IMG/VR virus record: IMGVR_UViG_2740891861_000008
Span: 1-64,000 of that record
DNA length: 64,000 bases
Strand: one strand, 5' to 3'
Origin: a virus
Lineage: Duplodnaviria > Caudoviricetes
This document shows, piece after piece, positions 41,156 through 49,638 of the stretch (position 1 is its first letter; the number at the start of each line of letters is the position of its first letter). Both the position numbers and the translations under genes were made by a program. A model generated the notes under the pieces. The model ran no database searches, had not been told where the DNA came from, and was given only the letters and a program-made list of their open reading frames with translations.

Positions 41156-41419
41156 TTGTTTCGCCGTCTTTCCTTGAGGTTAATCGAACGCACTCTGCGG
41201 GATTCGTGTCGGGCTTCCAAAGCGTTACCTTCGCCCGTTTCCTTGGGCTGCGCAACGCGTCGGGGCGGTTGATCGACCCCGGTGTGTGGGTTTTCGACAG
41301 GGTCGCAGTGAGCGCGACGTGTGCCTTCGGTCGAGCGCCCAAATGTTGGGGCATTGTCGGCAGCGCGGGGCCTTCGGTTCGCGGGTCGCCAATGCACCTC
41401 TTTCCTTCTCCTGACTGGA

Positions 41420-42109
41420 TCATCGCACCTCCCACACCTCGCCGTTGTCGAGCTGCTTGACGAAATCCACCGTTGCGCCGTTCCAGTGATAGGCGAAATG
41501 CGCGCCTTGGGTGGGGATCGGGATCACGTCGGGCCAGAAGACGGCGATGCACTGGCCCTCGGGATAGCGGATGCTGGGCCAGGTGATGCCGTTTGATCCG
41601 GCCGCGCGTCGCTCGGCCCCGAAGACCTGGGACGCGCGGTAGTCGTTGGCGTCCAGCAGGTCGGCGCGGCCGGTGGCGTCGTCCAGATCGGCATCGACGG
41701 ACCCGATCAGTTCGCGGAACTGCGACGTCCAGCCCGGCGACTCGTTCGTGGCGCGCATGAAGCGCGTATGGTGGTGGATGGTTTCGGCGATGGCCACTTC
41801 GGTGCGGTCGCCCGCGTAGTAGAGGCCAAAGCTGCCGTCCGAAAACCGCCCCGGCCGCAGGGGCGAGCAATGGACGAAGGGTGCTATGACCCAGCTGGCG
41901 CCGGGCCCGGTCACGCGGCGTGCGACCGGCACCTTCGACAGATCACCGATGCTGTCGCGGATGCGCGGGTTGAACTTGGCTTCGGCCGAGGCCAGCGCCT
42001 CCCAATCGGCGGGGTCGGCGATGTCTTCGAACAGGTCGATGGGCGGGTGGATCGAGCGGATGATGCGGACAGTGCGTGGCCATGTCACGCGGCGGACAGG
42101 CACATTCAC
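41420..42109 (-). CDS. RES-domain toxin
   Basis: GRFSDGSFGLYY, AIAET, WPSIR; GTG start overlapping antitoxin stop. Confidence 0.85.
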   Translation of the reverse strand: MNVPVRRVTWPRTVRIIRSIHPPIDLFEDIADPADWEALASAEAKFNPRIRDSIGDLSKVPVARRVTGPGASWVIAPFVHCSPLRPGRFSDGSFGLYYAGDRTEVAIAETIHHHTRFMRATNESPGWTSQFRELIGSVDADLDDATGRADLLDANDYRASQVFGAERRAAGSNGITWPSIRYPEGQCIAVFWPDVIPIPTQGAHFAYHWNGATVDFVKQLDNGEVWEVR

Positions 42110-42519
42110 CAGGCACCCCGTTCTGCATCCAGATAGGCGCGCAGGTCGATCAGGTCGGTGATCTCGCCGCGCATCATGATGTCCAGCGCGCTGCGACCGC
42201 CGAGGGCTGTGCTGGGTTTGCGGATCCACGCATAGCCGCGGGTGGGTTCGGTGAAGAGGTACCGCAGCGCCTTGTGGATCCCCATCAGGATCGCCATCCG
42301 CGCGCGCAGGTCCCGGTCGATGCGCCCGATGTCGCCGGTCTTCCAGCGCGCCCATGTGCGCTGGGCCATGTCGCCCAGTAGCACGCGCGCCTCGCCATCC
42401 GTCAGGCCCCAGGCGCGGAACAGGTTGACGGTGGTGCGCGCCAGCGCAGCCGCTTCCTCGTCGGTGATGACAGGAAGGCCAGGGCGCGCGATGATCGGCT
42501 GGACCGTGGCGAACTGCAT
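42106..42519 (-). CDS. Xre/MbcA/ParS-type antitoxin
   Basis: HTH then W...P...LGG.SALD.M, LRAYLDAERG. Confidence 0.85.
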   Translation of the reverse strand: MQFATVQPIIARPGLPVITDEEAAALARTTVNLFRAWGLTDGEARVLLGDMAQRTWARWKTGDIGRIDRDLRARMAILMGIHKALRYLFTEPTRGYAWIRKPSTALGGRSALDIMMRGEITDLIDLRAYLDAERGAW

Positions 42520-42577
42520 GGTCGTTCTCCTTTGGCATCAAGATAGTCATTATGTGCCAAAAGGCAATGACGATCCG

Positions 42578-43255
42578 TTACCCGGACGGACGCACCCTCG
42601 CCCAAGGGGCGGGACGGGGCATCGCGGCTGTAACATCAACCTCGCGCAGCATCCCGCCCGCGATTAGCCCCTCCCGGACCCAGCCCAGCGCCTGCCACCA
42701 TTCGTCATATCCCCGCCGGGCGGCCTCGATCTGCTGGGGATGGGGCGAGAACGTGACCGGGCAGGCCAGGATGTCGATGGTCTTCCATGTGGCACGGGCG
42801 CCCGCGCCACGCACGCGGATGCGCTCCGTTCCCACGACGATGGCGCCCGCATGTGTGCCATGCTGGTTCTGTTTCACGATGGTCGGCACGCAGCGCGGCA
42901 CAGCGCCGGGCATCCAGTCCGGGGTCAGCCCGGCGCGGGCCAGTTCGGCAACGCGGATCGCCATGCGCTTGCCGCCGAGGCTGTCTGGGATACCGGCGAC
43001 GGTGGCGGCGATCACTTCGGCGTCCTCGTGGGTGTAGCCGCCGATCTTGTGCTGGCCGCCGTCGATCTTGCAGCCCAACACGGCGCGCTGGAGGAGGACG
43101 TATTCCAGACCGAAGCCGAAGCCTTCCTCGGTGATGTCCGGGGGCAGGGGCAGTTCAAGCTGCGCCTGTTCCACTCGGAACGCCCATTCCAGCGCCGCCT
43201 GCACGCCCAGCGCGCGCTTGATCCTGGTGCCGCTGACGCGGCCGTGGAAGCTCAT
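42578..43255 (-). CDS. Conserved prophage protein (late regulator / antiterminator candidate)
   Basis: Last gene of the coupled early operon; function inferred from position only. Confidence 0.55.
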   Translation of the reverse strand: MSFHGRVSGTRIKRALGVQAALEWAFRVEQAQLELPLPPDITEEGFGFGLEYVLLQRAVLGCKIDGGQHKIGGYTHEDAEVIAATVAGIPDSLGGKRMAIRVAELARAGLTPDWMPGAVPRCVPTIVKQNQHGTHAGAIVVGTERIRVRGAGARATWKTIDILACPVTFSPHPQQIEAARRGYDEWWQALGWVREGLIAGGMLREVDVTAAMPRPAPWARVRPSG

Positions 43256-44340
43256 GGCTGCAATCCTTCAAGGAAATCCATCTGCGCCGGGCGCTGGGCC
43301 GCCTCGGTCGGCCCCCAGATCCACGGGCCGGAGGCCATGGGCAGCTGCGAGAGAGCGCCACGCATGTGCTGCTGCCAGAGGGTGAACTCCGTTGCCGAGC
43401 AGGCGCAGAGCGCGTGCCCGATGGGCCAGCCCATCAGCCATCCGACGAAGAGCGGGTTCAGCCGCCGCCGCGACCGGCCCTTCAGGATCCGCCGCGAGGT
43501 GACGCGCCCATGCGAGGCAATCATCGAAGCCCAAAGCGGGCGCGAGATCGGGGCGTGCGGCGAGGACCGCCGCCCATCCGGCAAGGTCACCGGGGCCGGG
43601 CGGGTGAAGCCCTGTTCCGCCCGGTAGTGCAGCAGGTCCATCCGGGACTTGCCGTCGCTGCGCGTGATGCTGGCCTCGCTCGATCCCTTCCAGTTCTGCG
43701 CGGCCGGGGTTGGCCAGTGGTTCGGCAGGGCTTTCGCGATGCCCAGCGCCAGCGCCTCGGCCTTCCGGGTAAAGTCGCTGTTGCCGGCCGGGTTGTAGCG
43801 GCCGGTGCCGGGATGCAGGCTCATCGGTGTGGGCCAGGATGAAGATCCGCAGTCGCTCATGCGGCGCGCCGACCTCTGCCGCCGAGAACAGACCCGCCGC
43901 AGGCGTGTAGCCCAATCCCCAAAGCTCTCGCAGGACAGTTTCAAGGCCGAGGGTGACGTGACCGGCGACGTTTTCCAGGAAGACCCATTCCGGGCGGCAT
44001 TCGCCGATGACGCGGGCGACGTCGGGCCAGAGGTGGCGAGGATCGTCGGCGCCGCCGCGTTTCCCGGCCGCGCTGAAGGGCTGGCAAGGGTATCCGGCCA
44101 GGACGGCATCGAAGGCGCCGCGGACGGGCCGGGCATCGAAGCTGCGCAGGTCGGTCCAGATTGGGGCCGGGACGAAATACCCCGCGCGCTGGGCGGCGAT
44201 GAGGACCGCCCTTGGCCAGTCCTCCCATTCGACGAAGGCGCGGGTGTGATAGCCGGGTTCGGCGAGCATGAGGCCCAGATCAAGGCCTCCGCCGCCTGCA
44301 CAGAGGGACAATCCGTGCCGGGGACGTGACACCATGCCAT
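43252..44340 (-). CDS. Alternative-frame polypeptide of C5 methylase (motif IX/TRD-like beta subunit)
   Basis: 362 open codons on the same strand; WPTP x2 and RRLNPLFVGWLMGWP; stop overlaps next ATG. Confidence 0.6.
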   Translation of the reverse strand: MAWCHVPGTDCPSVQAAEALIWASCSPNPAITPAPSSNGRTGQGRSSSPPSARGISSRPQSGPTCAASMPGPSAAPSMPSWPDTLASPSARPGNAAAPTILATSGPTSPASSANAARNGSSWKTSPVTSPSALKLSCESFGDWATRLRRVCSRRQRSARRMSDCGSSSWPTPMSLHPGTGRYNPAGNSDFTRKAEALALGIAKALPNHWPTPAAQNWKGSSEASITRSDGKSRMDLLHYRAEQGFTRPAPVTLPDGRRSSPHAPISRPLWASMIASHGRVTSRRILKGRSRRRLNPLFVGWLMGWPIGHALCACSATEFTLWQQHMRGALSQLPMASGPWIWGPTEAAQRPAQMDFLEGLQP

Positions 44341-44344
44341 TCAC
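43268..44344 (-). CDS. C5 cytosine DNA methyltransferase
   Basis: LSLCAGGGG, GYPCQPFS, FLENV, PHERLRIFI, LLGNGV. Confidence 0.88.
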   Translation of the reverse strand: MNGMVSRPRHGLSLCAGGGGLDLGLMLAEPGYHTRAFVEWEDWPRAVLIAAQRAGYFVPAPIWTDLRSFDARPVRGAFDAVLAGYPCQPFSAAGKRGGADDPRHLWPDVARVIGECRPEWVFLENVAGHVTLGLETVLRELWGLGYTPAAGLFSAAEVGAPHERLRIFILAHTDEPASRHRPLQPGRQQRLYPEGRGAGAGHRESPAEPLANPGRAELEGIERGQHHAQRRQVPDGPAALPGGTGLHPPGPGDLAGWAAVLAARPDLAPALGFDDCLAWARHLAADPEGPVAAAAEPALRRMADGLAHRARALRLLGNGVHPLAAAHAWRSLAAAHGLRPVDLGADRGGPAPGADGFP

Positions 44345-45348
44345 CGCACCCCGCGCTCGCGCAGGCGTTCGGCCGTGACCAGCCCGCGGGCCAGCATCGC
44401 GTCGCGCATGGTGTTGCTGATCGCGCTGACCGGCAGGTAGCGGTCGGAATTGACCAGATCGGCGTAGAAGGCTGGCAAGTCGGTGATCGGCTTTGCCGTT
44501 GGGGCGGGGGCCGCCTTGGGCTTTCTGCGCTTCCGTCCCGCATCCTCGACCTTGCGCCCTGCTGCGCGCTGCATTGCCCGGTCCAATGCCTTCGGCCCAT
44601 CGGGCGGTTCGGGATGTTTCTCGCGGCTTGCCTCGGCCGCAGCGATGATCTCCGCCTCGGTCAACCCCAGCTCGTCACGCCAGCGCTGGACGTGCAGCCG
44701 GGGCGGCCAGCCTTGCCACCAGCCGGGCAGTGCCGCGGGGTCGAGGCCGAGTGCTGCGAGCAGATCCCCGAAAACCTCATCGGAAATCGCCTCGCGCGCT
44801 TGCGCGCCCTCCTCCTCCTTTACTGGTTTACTTAGAGGTTCCCTTACAGGGTTAGTGTCCGAAATCCGGACACGGCTTTCGGCGTTTTCCGGACACGGGT
44901 CGGCGGGAAAATCGGACACGGCTCCGGCACAACTCCCGTGTCCGAAATCCGGACACGGCAGGGCATCGGACCCGTCGTCGAGGGGCGAAAGGCCTGCATC
45001 ATCATTGCTTTCTGCACCCTCTGCTTCCCCGTGTCCGATTTCCGGACACGGCACCACAGCCACAGGTGTGAACCCCGGCTCGAACCCCAGGATGTAGCGG
45101 GTGGGCAGCTGGCGCTTGGTCACGGGATCGAGCCGCGGCACCCGGCGCAGCAGACCCACGGCCTCGAGCTGGCCAAGGTGATCGTTCAGTGTGGACCGGC
45201 TGATCTCGCAGTCATGCGCCAGCCGGTCCTGCGAGGGGAAGCAGCCGTAGTCGGGGTTGAACCGGTCGCAGAGATGCCAGAGGACGATCTTGGTCGTCGG
45301 CTTCAGCCCGCGCTGCTTGATGGCCCAGTTGGTGGCCTCGTGGCTCAT
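44341..45348 (-). CDS. Phage replication initiator (N-terminal wHTH)
   Basis: K.VLW.L.D, CFPSQ.RLA..CE.SR; internal iterons. Confidence 0.75.
   Translation of the reverse strand: MSHEATNWAIKQRGLKPTTKIVLWHLCDRFNPDYGCFPSQDRLAHDCEISRSTLNDHLGQLEAVGLLRRVPRLDPVTKRQLPTRYILGFEPGFTPVAVVPCPEIGHGEAEGAESNDDAGLSPLDDGSDALPCPDFGHGSCAGAVSDFPADPCPENAESRVRISDTNPVREPLSKPVKEEEGAQAREAISDEVFGDLLAALGLDPAALPGWWQGWPPRLHVQRWRDELGLTEAEIIAAAEASREKHPEPPDGPKALDRAMQRAAGRKVEDAGRKRRKPKAAPAPTAKPITDLPAFYADLVNSDRYLPVSAISNTMRDAMLARGLVTAERLRERGVR
44855..45051. repeat. Palindromic iterons (candidate ori)
   Basis: CCGTGTCCG-N5-CGGACACGG at 44936 and 45029, near-full copy at 44855, half-sites near 44888 and 44912. Confidence 0.75.
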
Positions 45349-45740
45349 GGCGCGGACCTCCGCGGGGCAGGGGCGATGCGCGTGGTGAAGCCGTGATCCG
45401 CCAGCGCGCCCAGCGCGTCATCGAGGCTGCGGACCAGCGCCCAGCCAAACCCCTGTGCCTTCACAGCATCGCGGAACGCCTCCTGCTCCGGCCGCAGCCG
45501 CCCCTTCGGGGCCTTCAGTTCGAGGAACAGGACGCGGCCGTCGCAGATCACCATCAGATCGGCGAACCCGGCATGGACGCCCATGCCGACAAGGATCGCC
45601 TGGCGCTTGGCCCCGCGGGGCCCGGCCTCGGTCACCTCATTGGCGCAGTGGTGGATGATCGCCGAGCGGGGAAGGGCGATGCGCAGGGCCTGCACGACGG
45701 CACGCTGAAGATCGGCCTCGGGGGTGCCACGGCGCATCAT
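45345..45740 (-). CDS. VRR-NUC nuclease / resolvase
   Basis: E..LQ, G...GFADL, FLELK, EQ motifs. Confidence 0.8.
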   Translation of the reverse strand: MMRRGTPEADLQRAVVQALRIALPRSAIIHHCANEVTEAGPRGAKRQAILVGMGVHAGFADLMVICDGRVLFLELKAPKGRLRPEQEAFRDAVKAQGFGWALVRSLDDALGALADHGFTTRIAPAPRRSAP

Positions 45741-45976
45741 CGCGCGGCTCTCCCCTGGTCTTCGCGCTGGGCACGTTGCACCGGCCGCCGCGCATCGACG
45801 ACGACCAGCAGGCGCTGGGCATCAGCTCGCTCGCCAGGGGTCTCGCCATGCTGGGCAAGCACGTTGCAGGCGAGCCGGATCAGGAGATCGCTGTGATGTG
45901 CGACATCGGCGAGGACGGCGCGGGCCTCGGCCACGCGGTCGGCGGGCCAGGCGGAACTGCGGGGGTGGATCGTCAT
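45737..45976 (-). CDS. Small hypothetical protein (79 aa)
   Basis: Coupled starts and stops on both sides. Confidence 0.55.
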   Translation of the reverse strand: MTIHPRSSAWPADRVAEARAVLADVAHHSDLLIRLACNVLAQHGETPGERADAQRLLVVVDARRPVQRAQREDQGRAAR

Positions 45977-46221
45977 GACCGCCCCCGCGTCTTGCGCACC
46001 GGGTGAGCCTGTTCCTGCGCCCTGATCCACTCCTGGATGGCGGCGCGGCGATAGAAGGTCTTTCGACCTATGCGTGTGCAGGGCGGACCCTGACGGCGGG
46101 CCTCCCACCGCGACAAAGTGTCTGTGGTCAAATCCAGTGCGCGGGCCAGCTGCTCGCGGCTGATCCAGTCGGCCAGGAGGTCAGGGACCTCCTCCACCGG
46201 GTCGTTTTGTATGTCCTTCAT
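45973..46221 (-). CDS. AlpA/Xis-like HTH protein
   Basis: REQLARAL....TL.RW....GPP..RIGRK..Y. Confidence 0.8.
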   Translation of the reverse strand: MKDIQNDPVEEVPDLLADWISREQLARALDLTTDTLSRWEARRQGPPCTRIGRKTFYRRAAIQEWIRAQEQAHPVRKTRGRS

Positions 46222-46282
46222 GGGCTGCTCCGTTCGCCTCGCGCCCCTCTGCCGGGGGCGGTTTCAGCGAAGCAGAGCGCGA

Positions 46283-46334
46283 GGACCGGAAGACAGGCGG
46301 AAGGTGGAACTGGCCGCTAGCTCCCAATTCCACC
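46283..46334. promoter_or_regulatory. Shared operator/promoter box, copy 1
   Basis: GGACCGGAAGACAGGCGGAAGGTGGAA then IR GGTGGAACTG-N12-CAATTCCACC. Confidence 0.65.
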
Positions 46335-46843
46335 CCTTGTTTTATTGGACTTTCAGCGGATAGCGCGCGACGCGACAGGCGTTGCCGCAGCCCTCGCAGC
46401 GCATCTCAAGCGCCGGTTCCTGGCGACGATCCGCACTTCGTCGCCATCGTTTCGTCAGCTTGGGGCTGATTGGGCGGCGCTGAGACGGTTTCGCCGGTTT
46501 CGCAGCGACCGGAATTGCCGGAATGGACCGTTCCGGTCGGGTTCCGGGGGTGCTGGACGATATCCACAAGTTCTTTTTTTGTTCCGTCGCGCCAGCGTAG
46601 GATTCTGGTTGATCGCTCGCCTTCCGGATGCGTAGATTCGTGGTTGAGCAGAACATAAGAATCGACAAGGCAACCGAAGCCAGGTCCCGCCCCTCTTGGG
46701 GTGGAGTGCCCAATTACAGGCAGTTTTCCTCGACGACGTGGGCTGCAGCCAGTCCACCCGCGTGCTTGGCACGGCGGGTTTTTGTAACCCGCAGTCCGAC
46801 GGCCCTGGCCGAAGGATGCCGTATGTCTGAGAGGAGTTCATTC

Positions 46844-47446
46844 ATGCCTTTGCCGCCCGTCGCCTTCTATTCCATCTACGAAATTGCCGTGCGCTGGGGC
46901 TGTCCCCCGGCCGATGTCGCGGGCTGGGCGGCAGAGGGCCAGCTGAAGGTCGTCGCAGGCATTCCGCCCGTCAGATGTGGGGATGAAGTCGTGGGGGGCT
47001 TGGTCGAGGTGCCCATCGCGGAACTGATGTGCATGTTCAGGCGGTTCGGGCCGAGCGACGATATCGGCCGATTGAAGCGCGTTCTCAAACCCGGCAGCGC
47101 GACCTGGGCGCACGTGACCGAACCTTCGGATGGTCTGCCGATCCGCTCGTCAGACCTGATGGTGGCGTCGGGGTCGTTGCTGCAATTCGAGGAAGAACGC
47201 GACCTATTGCGCCGCCCGGCCTCCACCATCGGCGCCAGTCCGCGGTACGATTGGGATTCCATGTACGCGTGGCTGACCGTTTTCCTGTTCGAAAAGGGGG
47301 TGCCCGACACCCAGACCGCGCTGGTTGCGCTGGTGCAGGACTGGTTCGTCCAGAATTCGAAGTCGGGGGAAGTGCCGGATGAAAGCACCATCCGCAAGCG
47401 GCTGACCTCCCTCTGGCGCAAGCTGCGTGGCGAGGAAACGGTGTGA
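46844..47446 (+). CDS. Divergent putative regulator (200 aa)
   Basis: SD GAGGAG; EIA.RWG N-terminus and PDESTIRKRL helix; divergent from early operon. Confidence 0.6.
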   Translation: MPLPPVAFYSIYEIAVRWGCPPADVAGWAAEGQLKVVAGIPPVRCGDEVVGGLVEVPIAELMCMFRRFGPSDDIGRLKRVLKPGSATWAHVTEPSDGLPIRSSDLMVASGSLLQFEEERDLLRRPASTIGASPRYDWDSMYAWLTVFLFEKGVPDTQTALVALVQDWFVQNSKSGEVPDESTIRKRLTSLWRKLRGEETV

Positions 47447-47449
47447 AGG

Positions 47450-48721
47450 TCAGGCCGATTTCGGCAAGTCGGTTCCGTCCTGCGCTGCGTCATGCACAAG
47501 GCGGGGCCGCGGGCGCAGGAGACTGGCCACCGTATCGACGCCTGCGCGCAAGGGGGAATCCATCAGGTGCGCATAACGCTGGGTGGTCTGCATCTGGCTG
47601 TGGCCCAAGAGCTTGCCGATCATTTCCAGCGATGCGCCGCCGCTGACAAGCAGGGAGGCGAAGGTGTGGCGCAGGTCGTGGATGCGGACGTCGGCCAGCC
47701 CGGCGTCCTTCTGTGCCTTGGCCCAGAAACGGCGGATTTCACGCACCGGCTGGCCAACCGTCTCGCCGGGGAAGAGCCACGGATTGCCGCTCGGCACCGC
47801 CCGCAGACGCAGGCGCACGATGGCTGCGACGTCCTGCGAAATCGGCACACGGTGGATCTTGCGCTGCTTGGTGGTCGAGGCGGGTTTCGACCAGATGGCA
47901 TAGTCGAGGTTCAACTGTTCGAACCGCGCGGTGCGAACCTCGCCCACCCGCGCGCCGGTCAACATGCACATGCGGATGATCGCCGCGGCGCGCTGATCCT
48001 CGGCGCCATCCAGCACGGCCGCCAGTCGAGTCAGCTCTTCGGGCGACAGGAAGCGCTCGCGGGCATGTTCGATGCGACGATGGAACCCCTGCGCGGGGTT
48101 GTCCGTCCGCCATTCCCATTCCATGGCCAGCGTGAACATCTTGCGCAGCACCTCACCCATGCGGTTGGCGCGGATCGGGGTGGGCTTGTGGCCCTGCAGT
48201 TTGCGGGCCCTGTTATTGGGTTTCGCCTTGCAGGGGCGGGGGCGGCCCTCGGCCACAAAATCGAGGAACTTTGCCACATCGGACTTGGTGATCTCTGTCA
48301 CCAGCCGGTTGCCCCAGGCCGGTTCCACCATCTTCTTCAGCATCGAGACCTGGTCGCCCGCATTGGTCTTGGCGAGTTTCGGCAGATGCTCGGCGATGTA
48401 GCGGTCGATCATGTCCGTGACGCGCGGGGCCCCTCGCCATTCGTCGCGCGCCGCCAGAGGGTCCTGCCCTTCGTCGATGGCGCGCCGCAGTTCCTTGGCG
48501 CGTTCGCGCGCGGCCGTGACGCTCCACTCCGGCCAGCGCCCGATGGTCATCCGGCGCTGCCGCCCTGAGTGCCGGTAGTCGATGGTGAAGGTCCGCGCGC
48601 CCGAGGCCTGCACGCGGGCGGCGAAGCCGATCACCTCCGTGTCGAAGATCTGATAGCTGACGCCGGGCTTGGGGTCCGCCTCGCGCAGGGTTTTCTCATT
48701 CAGTTTCAGTCTCTTGACCAT
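47450..48721 (-). CDS. int: Tyrosine integrase with arm-binding N-domain
   Basis: TGARVGE, HDLRH, LGH, TQRYAH; SD GGAGG. Confidence 0.93.
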   Translation of the reverse strand: MVKRLKLNEKTLREADPKPGVSYQIFDTEVIGFAARVQASGARTFTIDYRHSGRQRRMTIGRWPEWSVTAARERAKELRRAIDEGQDPLAARDEWRGAPRVTDMIDRYIAEHLPKLAKTNAGDQVSMLKKMVEPAWGNRLVTEITKSDVAKFLDFVAEGRPRPCKAKPNNRARKLQGHKPTPIRANRMGEVLRKMFTLAMEWEWRTDNPAQGFHRRIEHARERFLSPEELTRLAAVLDGAEDQRAAAIIRMCMLTGARVGEVRTARFEQLNLDYAIWSKPASTTKQRKIHRVPISQDVAAIVRLRLRAVPSGNPWLFPGETVGQPVREIRRFWAKAQKDAGLADVRIHDLRHTFASLLVSGGASLEMIGKLLGHSQMQTTQRYAHLMDSPLRAGVDTVASLLRPRPRLVHDAAQDGTDLPKSA

Positions 48722-48790
48722 GCTTCGCACCTCCGTCGCCAACGACACAGGCGTAGACCTGCGCCACTATCAAGTCGGACCACAGGGCCG

Positions 48791-48840
48791 GGACCGGAAT
48801 ACAGGCGGAAGGTGGAATTGAAGGCCGGGGGACAATTCCG
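48791..48840. promoter_or_regulatory. Shared operator/promoter box, copy 2
   Basis: 26/27 identity to 46283-46309; GGTGGAATTG-N12-CAATTCC. Confidence 0.65.
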
Positions 48841-48984
48841 GGAAGGAAAAACAAGGTGTTACGCGACTTGGCCCAGTGCGAGGGGTTGGGAAAAGACGGA
48901 CGCACTCCACCATCTTCGCCGATGGTTTGATCGGGATCTGCGCATGAGGTAATCCTGTCGGAACGCTCCTATCCCGAAACTGCA

Positions 48985-49434
48985 ATGCCCAGCGCCAAGC
49001 CTCCGAGAAACCTGACGCCCGTTCTTTGCCAGCGGCTGCAGACCGAGATGCTGAAGGCCTGCGAAGCCGTCGCCGCCCGTCATGGCCTGGTGGTCGAGCC
49101 GCGCGACATCACCGGCGTTGACCTGCGCTGGGGGTTTGATGCGACGTTTCGGGTGTCGATCCCGATGGCTGATGGAACTGCCCTTAACCCTGAAAGACTG
49201 CGCTTCGAGGCGCTGGCAGAAGCGTTCGGCTTGTCGCCGAACGATTTCGGACGCCAGTTCAGCGCAGGGCGCGAGTCCTTCCGGATCACTGGCATCGACC
49301 CCCGCCGCCCCAAATACCCGGTTTCCGCCGAACGCATCCCTGACGGGCAAGGATTCAAGTTCACCATCGAACAAGTAGCGACACAGCTGCAGAAGGGTAT
49401 GAAGGATGTGACACCGAGGGGCAAAGGTTGGTAG
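48985..49434 (+). CDS. Hypothetical protein (149 aa)
   Basis: Normal codon pattern; GID.RRPKYPV motif. Confidence 0.6.
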   Translation: MPSAKPPRNLTPVLCQRLQTEMLKACEAVAARHGLVVEPRDITGVDLRWGFDATFRVSIPMADGTALNPERLRFEALAEAFGLSPNDFGRQFSAGRESFRITGIDPRRPKYPVSAERIPDGQGFKFTIEQVATQLQKGMKDVTPRGKGW

Positions 49435-49638
49435 CTCTCAGACGTAAAGCGGCCGATCGATCTCTTCTCGAGCAACGATCCCATCGCTCAGCCAGATCGG
49501 TTTTCCTGTTACCCGAAACTTCGTGCCGGAAACTCTCATTCCATGATGCGCCGATCAGTCGTCTGTCGACTCCAGCTCATACACTATGCATTCTAGAGAG
49601 ATGAAAATGGAAGTCTGTCTGCATGTTTTGGCCTGCGA

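Noticed and set aside
41420-42550. 376-aa RES protein
   Set aside because: N-terminal part is an off-frame read of the antitoxin; toxin starts at GTG 42109
46484-46550. Short CGGTTTCG / CCGGAAT repeats in the divergent intergenic region
   Set aside because: Too short and GC-rich to assign a function from sequence alone
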